DNA of 64,000 bases from Eledone cirrhosa (GCA_964016885.1 OZ024742.1:352780001-352844000); one strand, 5' to 3'; positions 1 through 13,910 are shown, numbered from the stretch's first letter. Notes: generated from the sequence alone by a model not told the origin. Numbers and translations: made by a program.

Positions 1-44
1 TTATTAATATTTGTATTTTAATATATATATATATATATATATGC

Positions 45-390
45 TGCATGGGTGATACATGAGAATACTGAATATTGCACCGAATATTAATCAGTATACA
101 CTGAGGATGAATAACTCAGAACTGTATGAGAGTCTCCCAAACATCACCTCGAAAGTAACAAAGAGGAGACTGAGGTTAGCTGGACATGCTCACCGACATT
201 CAGGTTTGACACAGCACTCAGTGTTCCTGTGGGAGACCCTTTACGGACAAACTATAAAAGGGACACCGAGGTTGACAGATGTTGATGCCCTAAGGACAGA
301 CACAGGACTCTTGGTGACGCAGGACATGGCGTCGATGATGAAGGACAGAGACCACTGGTGAGAACTCGTCAATGGATCTCGGGAATATTA
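45..390 (+). mobile_element. RTE-clade LINE 3' fragment
   Basis: ORF 59..361 contains ITSKVTKRRLRLAGHAHRH...LWE...GTPRLTDVDALRTDTG...MKDRDHW, the typical post-RT C-terminus of RTE elements; flanked by (TA)n. Confidence 0.8.
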
Positions 391-530
391 CCCACCTTAT
401 GTGTATATATATATATATATATATACATATACTTTATGCATATCACTGATTTACTTACCCTTTCTCCGTATTCTTCTAATTATACTATGACTGTCTCTCT
501 GTTAACTAAATTTCATATTTAATTCTCCAG

Positions 531-1080
531 TTTGTTGGCAGAAAAATGTTAGAATATATTTACTTCAGTGAAAATAATTTCGATTAATATAAAATCCAAT
601 GTGTTGATAGATATATCAATAATAATTGTTATTCACGGTAACAATGACAGCACGATCCTGACTTTAGAATGCGATCTGACAAATTAATATTATTGAAAAT
701 GTTATCTAGAAATTTGCGGAATAGGTATAACGTATTCTCACGACACATGTGTATTAAATGCGATATTACTCCTTTTCAGATGCCTAAATTATTATGTGGA
801 TTATGAAGATATTGGTTTTAGGGAATAAGTGTTAAGCGTAAATAGGTTTTCCTTGTAGATTGGTTAATTAATTGCATTGGAACACCGGATATTCATGTAG
901 CAGATCCCTTAAGGTAGACATCCACTAGCATATGCACAATTATACTTCGGTTTCTGATGTTAAGCTGTTTAGTGATGTCGGAAATCGGAATGCTTGTATT
1001 GCTATTAAGACTCAGGGTGGTCTTGGAAAATATTGGGTGATATAAATTGGAACAATTAACACATTTTTCTAAACTTACGT
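531..1080 (+). pseudogene. Decayed Ig V-set-like exon remnant
   Basis: Follows acceptor ttctccag (530). Manual translation across stops/frameshifts gives IIVIHGNNDSTILTLECDL (A'-B strand Cys), NRFSL, CTIIL/SVSDVKLFSDVGNRNACIA (E-F strand DxGxYxC-like) and TFFLNLRV (G strand). Confidence 0.45.
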
Positions 1081-1469
1081 GTATATAAATATTAAAATAC
1101 CTATTTCGCAGGCCATATGCTAATCAAATATTTCCTATGTTTATATTTTCCTGTTTGTATTTGCCGTAATTCCTTCATTTATTAACTATTTATGCAACAT
1201 ATAGCTTATGATATCGACAGGATCTTACGTAATCAGGCCTTTGAAATATATATGTTAATGCAAAAATAACAATTTAAGTGAACTTCACCAATCCGTCCAA
1301 GTTGAGTGCTTTCCCTGGTATTACGCCATGGATAACTATACAGAATGACGAGTTTTAGCCAATGGTGAAACCTTAAATTTAAACGTATATCTTTATCTAT
1401 ATCTACACACACCCACACACACACACACCCACACTCACACACACACACCCACACTCACACACACATTGT

Positions 1470-3520
1470 TTATGTGTGCAACTGGCGCACCGAGATAATT
1501 TCTGAATATTTAGACACCATCCTCGCCCCGTTGTTCGGCACTCTCCCCTCCCACATCCACGATACAAATCATGCCCTTATGATTTTCAACTATTTCTCCT
1601 TCACTCCTGGTTCCTCCCGCCTTCTCTTTACCCTGGACATCACTTCTCTCTATACCGTCATCCATCATTATGAACGCCTCTGCGTTCTGCAGCATTTTTT
1701 AGATTTACGCCCTACTCGTTACCCCAGCACTACCACTCTTCTCCGTCTTGCTGAGTTGTTCTCACCCTTAATGGATTTTCTATTTCGGGTGAATTGTACC
1801 AGCAGGTCTCTGGTGTAGCGATGGGACAAGAATGGGTCCAAACAGTGCCAACTTGTTTGTTGGATACGTCGAAGCCCAGATCTTCTCCCAGTACGCTAGA
1901 CCGACTCCTGAGCTATACGGTCGTTATATCGACGACTGTATCGGCGCCACCTCTCTATCACGAGGACAGCTCGACTGTTTTCTTTCCTTTGTCTAATATT
2001 TCCATCCTGCTCTCAATTACACCGCCTCGGTCTCCGATTCTTCTGTCGCTTTTCTAGATATCTATCTATTAATCACTCTCACCACACCCCCTCTACTTCC
2101 ATCTATATTAAACCAACAGACTCCTAATCTTATCTCGACTTCACCACCTCCCCTCCAACGCACACTAAACACTCAATACCCTATTCCCAATTACTCCGTC
2201 TTCGTCTACTCTGTAGCTGGGACGACGATTTCGAAACCCATTCCCTTCACATGGCTTCCTGCTTCATCCAGCGTGGATAGACCCCCCCCCCACCCTGATC
2301 CAAGCTGCTCTAACCCGCGGCCGTGAATCAGACCGCACCACAGCCATCTCACCTCACCCCGACACCCATGTTCCTTTCCCTCTCACCTACCACCCCAGCA
2401 CCCTACCACTCCGGCGACATATACTCCGTTCCTTCTGTATTCCCTCTTCTCACCCCGTCACTTCTCGCTTTTTTCCAAATCCACACATTACTGCTTTTAA
2501 GCGCGCCCGCAACCTCCGCGACTTCCTGTTTCTTAGTTCTTTTTTCGTCCTCTCCCACGACTCCACCCGGATCTCTTCCTTGCTCCCGGTCCCATTGCAA
2601 CACTGGTCCCATTATTTCCACCCTCACCACTCTTACAGGCCCTTATGGGTCTTTCCATATCCACCATTCCTTCACCTACACAACCACCCACGATGTCTAT
2701 GCCCTCCGGTGTTCCCTTTGCGGGTCTTTATATATCGGACAATTGGGACGCCGTATGGCGGACCGGTTTGCCAAACATTTGAGGGACATACGACTGGTTT
2801 GGGTACTTCTGTCGTCCGTCATTTCTGTTCTCCTGGTCATTCATCCCTACATGTTTCAGTCCTGGTTGTCCTTTTACATCATGGATCACAGGACTCACGC
2901 ACCAGGACTGAACAATGTCTGATTCACCGTCTTGGGACCTATTCCTCTTGGAGTAAACTCACCTCCACAATTTCTCTAATACCCCATCCATTGTCACACC
3001 CCTATATTCCTATCGCTTTCTTTTTGCTCATAGCTTCGTACTTATATGCACACACATTTTCTACTCACATATACACACATATCTCTTCTTAGCTTCGTAC
3101 GCAACTATAATAACACACACACACACATACACACCTACACACACACTAACACATATACCCCCACCCCACCCCCACGCACACACACTAATGCTTACGCACG
3201 TGCTCAAATATAGCTCTTTTTACAAAACGTTTTTTTTTCCATTTCAGGTGGATGTGCGCCATCATCCACTTGTCTAAAAATCAAATCATACACAAAACGC
3301 CAGCACCAACATATTTCAACATGAATGGACCTAAGATTGTTATCTAAAGACTTTTTTTCCAATTCCATCCCGCCCCTCTCCTTAATCTATTATATTTCTC
3401 ATTCTTTCTTCTGATGAAGGACTAGCGTCCGAAAGGTTAAGACCCTCTTCCTGCTATATCAAGCGTTAACCTTCCATAGACTGTACCAATTGAGTTGTTA
3501 TTTCTGTTTACCTTTTACAT
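1470..3520 (+). mobile_element. Penelope-like element (Neptune-like), 5'-truncated, frameshifted RT + GIY-YIG, with 3' pseudo-LTR
   Basis: RT motifs LLFTLDITSLYTVI, YQQVSGVAMG, YGRYIDDCIG, FLDISI, YIKPTDS; Cys linker PCSRSHCNTG; GIY-YIG VYALRCSLCGSLYIGQLGRR..RFAKH; inserted in (CA)n. Confidence 0.9.
3407..3442 (+). ncRNA. Minimal type-I hammerhead ribozyme motif in PLE pseudo-LTR
   Basis: tctt-CTGATGA-a-ggac(tagc)gtcc-GAAA-ggtt-a-aga: conserved core, 4-bp helix II, helix I tct/aga; the helix III palindrome (AACGTT) appears to carry one substitution. Confidence 0.7.
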
Positions 3521-3579
<59 letters not shown>

Positions 3580-5094
3580 CGATGCGTGTCTAAAATAAAG
3601 GAGTTATAAAGAATTTCGTTTTACATAAAAAATAATAGTATTTTCACTTTTTTACTTAAAACACCTTTTTTCATATCCGATTTAATCAGTTTCCATTTCT
3701 AAGATTAGTGTCGCTTATGTTGAGGAAACAATTGGGTGAAATGGATCTTTCTTGTGTCTGAATCCCTAATTTGCTGACGATTATTTGACAATATCTGTCC
3801 GAGAGTTCATCCAGTTTTGCAAATTGCAAATATATATCCTGTTATATTATATATTAATTTATCTGAGTTACACGCAACGTTATTTTTAACTTTGAGAGTA
3901 TGACTTTCTTTGAAGTGAATTAATGACCTTGTAAGAGATATTTACTCACATATAGTTAGGTCAATTTAAATTTTCATTTCAGGTTCTTTAATACCTATTT
4001 GCGGCTTTGCATTTGTTAGTACTTTTGGTGACTTAGTTTGCCATTTGTTTGTTTCATAATTAGGTATGTTTGTAAGACGTTTGAATTTAATGTTGTCATG
4101 GTTTAGTAGGATAGGTAGATTTAGTTGTATATGTGTGTACATTTCGGTGTCATACAAGTTAAACATTAAAATAGAGAATATGGTACGATTTTTTTCTGTT
4201 TTTGTTCTTGATTGATGGAGTTCTTGGTTATTGAAACAAATTAATGTCCTGATTTGTGTGTGAGTCTGAGTATGAATGTACGTGTCTATGTGTGTTTCTG
4301 TGTGAGCGAATGTATGTGCGCCTAGTTGTGATAACGGATTTGTAACGTTTATATGATAATTCTATTGACTGAATTAAATAAGGAAACACACCAGCAGAAG
4401 ATGGTGAAAGTAGACACGTTGCAAGTCAATTAGTGAGTGTCCTATGCCTATATATATAATCGTATCATTTCAAGAGGAATCTTACTGCATTATTGAACAT
4501 TTCATGGTAAAGCTATTAATTTATATGAATTAACCTCAGTAATTATTAATTAGCGAAGAAAATTAATTTCGTGACATGAATTGTTAATTAAGTGTATGCA
4601 GAAAAATATTCACATGAACATATTCTTTCCGAGAAACGATTAGGCGCCAGCTTACGTTTCTCAAATGGAACGTAATTTTTAAATATGTAAAACAAATGTC
4701 AGAAGACGTTTGAGAAATAAGTGAAGTATGTTAATGTTGACAGGAAATTGAATTGCATTTTAAATAGCAAAACTCAATAAAATAAATCAGGAGTAATATG
4801 TAATTTAGTGAGAGTGATTTAGTAGCACTGGAATGAAACAGTAATTTATAACATTATTTGATATGATATAGTATATAGCATACCATGTCATGCCCTCCAA
4901 CCCTGCTACACATTTGATGTTTCATTTTTAACATTATTTCTGGACAGAACCGTTACTATGTTGTTTGTTAGTAGGCTAAAAATAGAATCTGATGGATTGA
5001 TTGGGTTTTTATACAAATACTATTATATAGAGATTTATTAGAGAGGTGGGAGCATTGGAATATTTTTATTATTTATTCTGATATTCTGCTCTCC

Positions 5095-6130
5095 CTTTGA
5101 AATATCAGCGACGTGATCATTACCTTTCAAGTAGTAAAGTCATATATGAATGCGAGAATGATGGTTTAGCAGAATTGAAAGATGATCCTGAAGATATCTG
5201 GTATTCATTGGATCATACTCTGATCATACCTTCAATTCGATCGTAGATAATGAAATTCATATTAGAATGTGTTACTCGCGTTAATAGTACCACGTGGTTA
5301 CATTACTCCCAGTTCATTCTTTTCAAGTATTTAAACATATCTCCGGCTTGACGAGACCCTCCGTATTTCTCGCAGATTCGGGGAAATAGTGAACAAAATT
5401 GTGCCTATCAAATTTTTTCTGGATACAAAATAAAATCTAAGTGTTGGATATTGGCCATATCACAATTTAATCTCTCGGTTGGAACAGTAGTACAACTAAA
5501 ATCTCAGAACGAATTATGTTTTATACAATGTTAGTGTTTGGTATTTAAAAAGATCCTCTTCTATATTAAGAAACTTCTAGCTATTATACAATATGATGCC
5601 GATATCCGTCCGTTATCATGGTGGAACTGGAATGTATTCAATCGTTATATCATATCTTGGATAAAAGCTTCTCTGAACTATACGAAGTCCACCTCCACTG
5701 TATTTCCGTTAATTAGAACAGTAAAGAAAAACTTCAATGCAATTGTACATAATTAACGCTTGTAATCTAACATGAATAATAGTTCTTTCTCTGAATGTAG
5801 CCGCCATTAAACTTATATATTTCTAAATGAATACCTTTACAAGTGTTCCCATCTTTCGTCTGTTACTCTCAATATTTAACCTTTTCCTGGGGTTCTCTAT
5901 CTCAGTATGCAACAGGAGCCCACCAAGCTCTCTACTTGTAAATCGAGCAATCTCACGTATGATTAATTCAAATATATATTTAAAAAATATATTTAAACCG
6001 CCTATTATCTTCGGCCTCAACAAATGTTTGTGAACGGAACATATCTTTCTTATCAAATTTTTGACGATGCCATTTAAAGTTACAAACTTCTTCTTTCGAT
6101 TCTGCATGTCTATTTAATTTCTTAGGATGC
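5095..6130 (+). pseudogene. Decayed Ig C2-set/I-set coding remnants (about 3 domains)
   Basis: Plus-frame reads YSLDHTLIIPSIRS*..ILECVTRV, DPPYFSQIRG...IFSGYKIKSKCW, RYHG/ELECIQS, SVCNRSPPSSL, FCMSI..(N)FLG; these match nephrin/CD80-like C2-set and I-set strand motifs, with many stops. Confidence 0.5.
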
Positions 6131-6694
6131 ATTGCTTGCTACTTCAAACTATGTCATATCATTCTACTTAATATTTATTTCCTTCGATTTCTTCATTTTA
6201 CCATTTCTTATACTCTACATTCCTGCAGAGAATACGATGCAATGATATACGGATACTTCAGCGGGAATATAAATTGGATTTCGTAAGAAATAATATCTTT
6301 TCTCCATCTAAGGAAAGTTTCGGTGTTAGACCTGCTTGGATATAGAAGAGAGAGTGATGTTATTATTTAATTGTTTGCTGTGCATCATATTTCGGGGTCC
6401 GTTTTTATGGTAGGGAACGGCAAGAATTTCTCAGATAGTTTTTTATATGTACTCGTTTGCTTATATAATTATATTCACATTTCGTGTTTCTATTTATATT
6501 TAAATTGCGTCATATAAGCTGAGTGAGTAATGTAGCAGCGGATATTCTAATTTATTTGTAGATGCATTACTCATCTTCTGAATGTAGCGAAATAAAAATT
6601 CGGTTCAAAGATGTTACATAAAATAATTCAACTTCTCACAAACACAAAGGATTATCATACTTACATAAATACACACACATATATATATATATAA

Positions 6695-6895
6695 CGAAGG
6701 AAATGTGGTAAGGAACCAGGTGGACCATAACGCACCAAAGTACTCAATACTTAGGGTAGCAGAGGGGGTAATAGGAACGAATAGGACCCCGACGGCTGAG
6801 CTCAAGCCGTTTCGACGGCTAATTCTGGACCCAAATTCTGGTCCAGAATTAGCTGTCGAAACGCCTTGATCTCAGCCGTCGGTGTCCTACTCGTT

Positions 6896-6900
<5 letters not shown>
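6695..6900. mobile_element. Short fold-back PLE-derived element, copy 1
   Basis: ~60-bp inverted arms at 6771-6900 containing gtcgaaacg; close homologue at 25806-26000; abuts (TA)n. Confidence 0.7.
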
Positions 6901-6928
<28 letters not shown>

Positions 6929-6930
<2 letters not shown>

Positions 6931-7150
6931 CCGAGATCCATGGACGAGTTCTCTCCAGCGGTCTCTGTCCCTCATCATCACTGCCATGTTCTGCATCTCC
7001 AAGAAACTAGTGTCTGTCCATAGAGCATCAACATATGTCAACCTCGGTCGCCCTCTTCCAGTTATAGTAGAAAACGTAAAATGTTTTGAGGAATCTATGA
7101 GGTCTGTCGGAGTCTGAATGTTCCCGACAGGGAAGCAGCAGTGGACCAGG
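6929..7150 (-). mobile_element. RTE-clade LINE 3' fragment (same family as 45-390)
   Basis: GRGRPRLTYVDALWTDTSFLEMQNMAVMMRDRDRWRELV. Confidence 0.75.
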
Positions 7151-7159
7151 TGGGCGGTA

Positions 7160-8235
7160 GAAAAGCTCAAAGCAGCAACAATCGGAATGGTGTGTAGTTA
7201 GTCCCATGCTGGTGATAGCTGTACACTGGAGTTAGTTCCGCTGTTCATTATTATATCTAAAAGCGCTCGACATTTTGACCGCCAAATAGTAGGTTTAGTC
7301 ATAACTATTAGCTATATCATGCCACCTTCTACTAACAGTTAACTAAATCCCCCTCCTATGTGAATTACTAGTAATAGTTTGGTATATACGATGGCCATCT
7401 GGCGGTGGCGGACTTCCCGCTAACACACCCGACGCCTAAGACAGTTATATTCCTGGAGTGCTCGAAAAATTAATTTCCATTTCTTTCACTACACGATATT
7501 ACTAGAAACGGCTGGCACTTAGTTAGGTCAGGGCTGGCCGGGGGTCTGAGTTCGTCGCTGGTTATTGACCGCTAAACAAGGGCTTAATCTTTACTCAATA
7601 TCCTACCCTGAAACTTTATCGTGATTATAATACACTTAAACGTTTTCATAAAAGCCTCCTTCTGTAAATTCTTTAACTAAATCTGACAACCCAGACCTTA
7701 AACCTTATTTTTCTAATTTCAAATTCTAACTCTAAACATAAGTTTAACGTTTCTATTTGTTAATCGAATTTTCTGTCTACGGAAATGATACCATAGAGAC
7801 GCCCACTATATATGACATTGTTGAAGATATATGTTCTTTGAAAAACATTTTTCGCGGCAATTACTAGCACGCATGATCAGATTGATTGAAGCCTGACCTC
7901 AACGGTGACATTTTTCTTTGACAAGGAGGTAATAGCACATTATAAGCTTGCGCCCCTTCACCAGATGGCCATAAGTAGACTTAATAATCAACACTTGAGG
8001 GCGGCTGACTGAGGTAGAAGCTGCTAAATAGTCGGTCGTCCTCTTGTCTCTGATTTTCAGACCCATGGATTTTATCTAATACATTCCTTTGTTATATTGT
8101 TAATACCTGATGATGTCACACGCATCCATACTGAACCGGTCATTGAAATGATCATAGTATAATAAAACTTTCAAGGACTTACACCAGTCCAGCTTCATGT
8201 TATTTTATAATAATTAACTCCGTACTCACACCAGC
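7160..8235 (+). mobile_element. Old decayed Penelope-like element (GIY-YIG end + pseudo-LTR)
   Basis: Remnants TSNSLVYT..RTSR*HTRRLRQ/IPGVL and LKPDLN; degenerate hammerhead cctgatgatg...ctgaaccggtca at ~8106-8142. Confidence 0.5.
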
Positions 8236-8368
8236 AACTACACAAACGAAGACGGGTGATTTGCATTACGTTGAGTGCTCTCCATAATATTACATCGGGG
8301 TTGACCATACGGAATGACCAGTTCTATCCAGTGGTGAACCAACAAACCTAAATAAATAAATATATTTA

Positions 8369-8406
<38 letters not shown>

Positions 8407-8429
8407 CACACAGAAAGAGAGAGAGAGAG

Positions 8430-8486
<57 letters not shown>

Positions 8487-8499
8487 AGAGAGAGAGAGA

Positions 8500-8775
8500 G
8501 AGGGATGACATCGAAAATGCAACTGGTGTCATATTAAACAAAAATATATATATATTTATTTGGTTCTATTACCGATTTCGCATTTCTTCTCCTTTTGAAA
8601 AGTAGAGTTGAGATGGAGAGTCTGTGATTTTTCTCCCGGATGTGAGAAAAACCACACGCCTTCCATCTCAACTCTACTTTTGAAAAGGAGAAGAACTGCG
8701 AAATCGGTAATAGAACCAAATAAATATACATATATATTTTTCAATGACTCCAGTTCCATTTTCGATTTCATCTTT
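8500..8775. repeat. Fold-back inverted repeat of PLE pseudo-LTR (~130-bp arms)
   Basis: 8500-8635 is the reverse complement of 8643-8775; a third copy lies at 8882-9025; contains gcag-aagaa-ctgc-GAAAccggta, a degenerate hammerhead. Confidence 0.85.
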
Positions 8776-8879
8776 TTTACTTTCTACTTTAACTCGTGTA
8801 GGACACCTCGGTTCCTTTTCATTTTGTAAAAATACCTCACTTACTCATATATATATAGATATATATATATATATGAAGA

Positions 8880-11125
8880 AAAAGGGATGAAATCGAAAAT
8901 GCAACTGAAGTCTTATTTTTTTAAAAAATATATATATTTATTTGGTTCCTTTACCGGTTTCGCAGTTCTTCTGCTTTTCAAAAGGTGAGTTGAGATGGAG
9001 GGTCTGTGGTTTTTCTCACATCTGGTTGGTCTCTAAATGTTACTTGTTTTATATGGAAAAAGTGGCTCGAAAACCAGGTTTTTCGAGAAGTAATTTGATT
9101 GGTTTGTCAATAATTATAATAAATTTCGCGCCAGTTCGCGTTACAATAGTTCTTCAAATAAGAGAGGGGGGGGGTGTCACAGGTTGTTTTTTCATATATG
9201 AGTGTTTGAATTTCTTTTTACTTGAAAAAATGAGGCTCACGAAGGCTTTTTTTTGGTTGGTTATAAATGAAATTTGGCTGTCACGTGAACAAGTTTTCAT
9301 TACATTTTTGCGCCCTTATTTGGAAAACTATTCTGTAGTCTTTATAGTGAATGTTATGACAATGGAGAGATAGTGGTCAAGGGAAAAGGGATTAGGAGAA
9401 ATGTTCTGGTTCAGTGAATATGGCCAGCTGTCAGAGTTCAGGTGTCAGAGTTCAGATTTTCTATTGAGACTGAAGATATGTGTTTATTTGTGTGCTTGTG
9501 TGTGTGTATATGTGTGTGTATGTGTGTGTATGTGTGTATTGGAAGATGATTCTATTAGTAGAGATGGGGGAGGGAGTTGTGTGTTATGTGTGTGTGTGCG
9601 AGTATGTTAGATAGAGAAAATATATATTTTGTGTGTGTGTATATATATATGTGTGTAGGAAAGTGGATCTATTAGTAGAAATGGGGAGGGTGTTGTAGGT
9701 GTGGGGGTTGTTATGTGTGTGTATGGGTGTTATGTGTGTGGGAGTATGGTTAGCATGTTAAGATGAAGAGAATATATATATATATATATATTGTGTGTGT
9801 GTGTATGTGTGTGTGTAGGAAAATGATTCCTTTAGTAGGAATATTTTTGAATGAACGTATTTTCCTGACTTTTTCGTGTTTGCTATTGTATTGCCAGTGC
9901 AAACGTATGTTTAAGGTTTATTTAGTTCGGGTTTTTATTTTCTAAAGTAGAAGGTGTTATGTGTGTGTGTGTATGTCATATTGTGGTGTTGACATAATGT
10001 ATATTAAACCTTATTTTATGTTGGTCTATATTTTTGAATAAACATATTTTCCTTATTTATTCGAATTTGTTCTGAACAAATGCGAATTTTTTAAACTACT
10101 GCGGTTCAAGGCTACTATATTTAGCGCTCGGTTTCGAGTTGTGGAGTACGACAATTTAATAGTTTACCTGTAGAAAATGGCGTGGTGCCGGCGTTGCTTA
10201 TGGAAGTGCTTATCCAAAGCCCTGAAGAAAGAAGCCGCTATGTGGTTGCGTAAACCGGCGCACATATGGGGTTAAACCAAATGGCTTTACGGGAACAGGT
10301 TCGCTTCTGGTTTAGTCACCAGTCCCCGCACCCGTTCCGTCAGAGTATGTGTTACGTATTCGCTATGGATTTCGCTTTTCACGTTCCTGATAATATAGAG
10401 GCCCACCAGGTCAGTAACCTGCGCCGAATCGCTCGATCCCATCGTGATGTCAAAATTGTCCGGCCACTCTCTACTAGTCCATAGCTCACCGATATACATC
10501 ACAGATATCTGTAACTAGTGTTATAGAGGGCACGCCATTCGAATAACAGAATGCAGTTACGAGGTCCATCTAGTGTCATGATGTATTCCTGATTTTACGG
10601 GGATGTATTGTGCAGAGTGTAAATAGGGCAAGTGTAGTTGCACATATAAACTCGGATATCTGACGAGATATCGGAGAAACTTCGCGACAACCTTTTCGAT
10701 TGTACTCTGACTTGATCAACAAAAAACAATAGTAATATAGCAATAGGATTTGTATATATGGTGTAAAACTGATTTTCGTTCTACTTAATATAAGTATAAA
10801 TACAGTGCGTATCTCAGAGATCACGGAGCCGCTCCCATTAGAGGCGCTTCATGTCCGTTTTGAGAAATCACCACTCCGATAAAATGGACATGTGGTGGTG
10901 ATGTCTCAGGCGAGATTTTACGGGCAAAACCAACCGTTAGGAGACATAAGCGTAGACCAAGTGGAAGATCGTTAGATAAAATCCATGAGCTTGGCTGGTC
11001 GAGTCTGGTGATCAAGCCGGATCACTTGAAGAGGGTTGCTTCTGAAAGGACACACTAGGTGTGTTTGATCTTTCTGCCTCCTAGACCCTCTCAAAACTAA
11101 CTGGTCAAAGAACAAGAACAAGAAT
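8880..11125 (-). mobile_element. Penelope-like element, internally deleted and decayed (CxC-linker type, probably Nematis-like)
   Basis: Minus-strand FDITMGSSDSAQVTDLVGLYII, AIWFNPI, ALDKHFHKQRRHHAIFYR*TIKLSYSTT; homologous to the element at 39.8-41.3 kb. Confidence 0.75.
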
Positions 11126-11194
11126 ACATGCATATATCTATACACACACACAAACATACACACACACACACACATAACCCCCCCCCCCCATACA

Positions 11195-11247
<53 letters not shown>

Positions 11248-11599
11248 ATAATAATAAATTTGAAGACTAAATTCCGAAGAGGGCTCGATAAGGATAAATA
11301 TATATCAAATATATAAGAACCGTAGAGCAAATATTTATTATAATAACAGATTAAATTTTAAGCAAAGTATCGCTGCTTTCACCTTTGCAGAAGATACCGT
11401 TAATGGTGAAAGCAGCGATTCTTTGCTTAAACTTTAATCTTTTATTTAAATAATTATATATATATATATGTACATATATATATATATATATAATGCGAGG
11501 AAATACCAAAGATGGTTGGAAAATCACTGAGGAGGGAAACATTTTATCATATGTAAACCACGCAGTATTCTTCTTCTCATGTTTTATATATATATATAT

Positions 11600-13200
11600 A
11601 TATAAATTAATAAAAACAATGAAATAAAAACAAAGAACATGTTCCACATATTAAAAAAATTCATCATTTTACGATCGTTTCTGGGATGTATATGTGTATG
11701 GTGTGTATATAATATAGATCCATCTAAAACTATTACAAATTATCTGAGAAAATATATATACCTTCACATATACATGCCGTCCTCAGAAATGATGAGATGT
11801 GTTTATTGAAAAAAACCAACAGAGATTTAATATAAAAGGTCTGTTTGGGAACAGGATTTGAATTAACCAATATAAATGTAGTTAGAGTTCAAGTTGATAG
11901 AATAGCAGTAGTAGAAATTAAATTTAGGGGTAGAGGAGTGCAGACTTATGTTTTGAATGAAAAGAATACTTTGAGGATGAAAAGTGGTCAAGCCAAGAAG
12001 ATAGTGAAGGGTACACGAACATTTAATGTTATTAAAGAATAATGTTAAAAACGAAGGAAAATAAAATGTTAGGGTAAGAGTATTAGTGACAAATACCAAT
12101 CTTATTTAAACCACAAGAAATCTAGATCTATAACAAGAAATTAAATTAATTTATAGGTATCCTTATAGGGATAAAGTTATATTAATTCATATGAATGTGA
12201 TAAATAAGAATTAGATGTTATTAAAGCGTGTTGTTAAATACGAAGGAAAGTAAAACTTTGGGATAAGGGTAGTAGTGAGAAATACCAATCTTATTTAAAC
12301 TACAAGGAATCTAGATACATAACAGGAAATTAAATTAATTTATAGGTATACATTTAGGTATTAATTTTAGGAAAAAGAACTGTAAGTGGGTAATACAATT
12401 AGGAAGTTCTCTGTAGTAAAATAGTAATTATAGGTTAACTAAATATAAAAAAAAACAATTATAATAATTTGTAAACTATAGGAGTAAGATTATATTAATT
12501 AGGTTTATAATATTTGAAGGTTCTTTTAATTCTATGATTGCAAGATATAATTAATTCATATCGCTTATTTAATAGGATATCCTTAGATTTCATGATTTCA
12601 AAACGTTCCTGGGAGCATAACCTACACTCGTATCTGCTATATTGATAAGGGATGGCCCTTTTGAGTACGCTCCAGGTCAGGTTGTAATCGATATTCTTCT
12701 TTCAATAATTATTAATTGTTTCAGCCAAGGATGTTGCATTAGCTAATGCGGCATTTTTAAAACTATGTTCGTGGGTACTAAATCTTACTTTAAATTGGTT
12801 AGACGTAGCTCCTATATATGAATAAGTGTAGTCCTTAGTGCTAATTTTACATTTATAGACTATGTTATTAATAAGACAATTTCCCTTTAATGAGCAATTT
12901 CTTTTGATTCTACAGTTACAACCATTCGTGAATATTATATTAGGGGAGTTAGTCCAATTTGGTGTGGAGTTTACTCGACTTGTTATAGGTTAAGGAGATG
13001 GTGGTTTGTTGCGATTTGAGGACGGCATGTATATGTGAAGGTATGTATATTTCCTCTGATAATTTGTAATATTTTTACATAAATCTATATGATATACATA
13101 CCAACACACATATACATCCCAGAAACGATCGTAAAATGATGATTTTTCTAATATAAGGAACTTGTGCTTTGTTTTTATTCCATTGTTTTTATTAAATTTA
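11600..13200 (-). mobile_element. Penelope-like element 3' part (GIY-YIG) with inverted pseudo-LTR
   Basis: Minus-strand 12520-12930: CNCRIKRNCSLKGNCLINNIVYKC...YIGATSNQFKVRFSTH...CRLCSQE..LLNKRYE..CNH; 11605-11785 is inverted at 13017-13198; internal ~120-bp direct repeat 12043-12160/12233-12350. Confidence 0.9.
11665..11791 (-). ncRNA. Hammerhead ribozyme motif with extended helix II
   Basis: Minus strand: cattt-CTGAGGA-c-ggcatgtatatgtg..(~70 nt)..cacatatacatcc-ca-GAAA-cgatcg-TA-aaatg; helix I cattt/aaatg; palindromic helix III ACGATCGT. Confidence 0.65.
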
Positions 13201-13318
13201 TCTTGACTCTGTTTTCCTATGATTTTTATCGAAACTTTTTGAATGCATCTTCTCTTTCATGATAATTGGATTACATTGAGTTCTTCATACAGATTGGACA
13301 CTGACGTATATTTTGGTA

Positions 13319-13486
<168 letters not shown>

Positions 13487-13499
13487 ACTAGCATCTCAA

Positions 13500-13910
13500 A
13501 ATGGACGGAATGACTTCAGACGATGAGACGACTACAATGCTATTTGTTCAGCCACAATGTTGGGGTACTTTTCTCGAGTACTAAAATGGTATTAAATACG
13601 TGATACCAGATTGGCCAAATGATTGGACAAAGTTTTTTTGTTGATACGATGAAAGCAATACGATTACAAACATGAATATATATATCTAAGTGTTCTTTCC
13701 CGAAAAATAAATCAGAGATAAATACGTACAAATGTACAACCGTTTTGTCATGTACGATGTGCATGATTTTAACTTTAAAAGAATGAAATATTGAAACATT
13801 TGACATTCGTCAGTGGGGTGTCTTTGGATTACGGAAATGGAGAAAACATGATCTGCTACCTATCAATGTAGATAAAAAACAGAATAAACGAAGGATTGTC
13901 CAAACGTGAG
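13500..13910 (+). pseudogene. Decayed Ig V-set-like exon remnant
   Basis: MYNRFVMY...GCLWITEMEK(HD)SATYQCR with 1-nt indels (LxIxxxxxxDSATYxC motif); ends at donor ag|gtaaga (13911). Confidence 0.5.

Noticed and set aside
930-1045. C-type lectin-like peptide RNACIAIKTQGGLGKYW
   Set aside because: No WIGL or EPN context; fits the Ig E-F strand pattern better
5340-6107. Minus-strand decayed R2-like RT/RLE (PKIIGGLNI, DRHN)
   Set aside because: Only two short motifs; the plus-strand Ig reading explains the region with longer continuous frames
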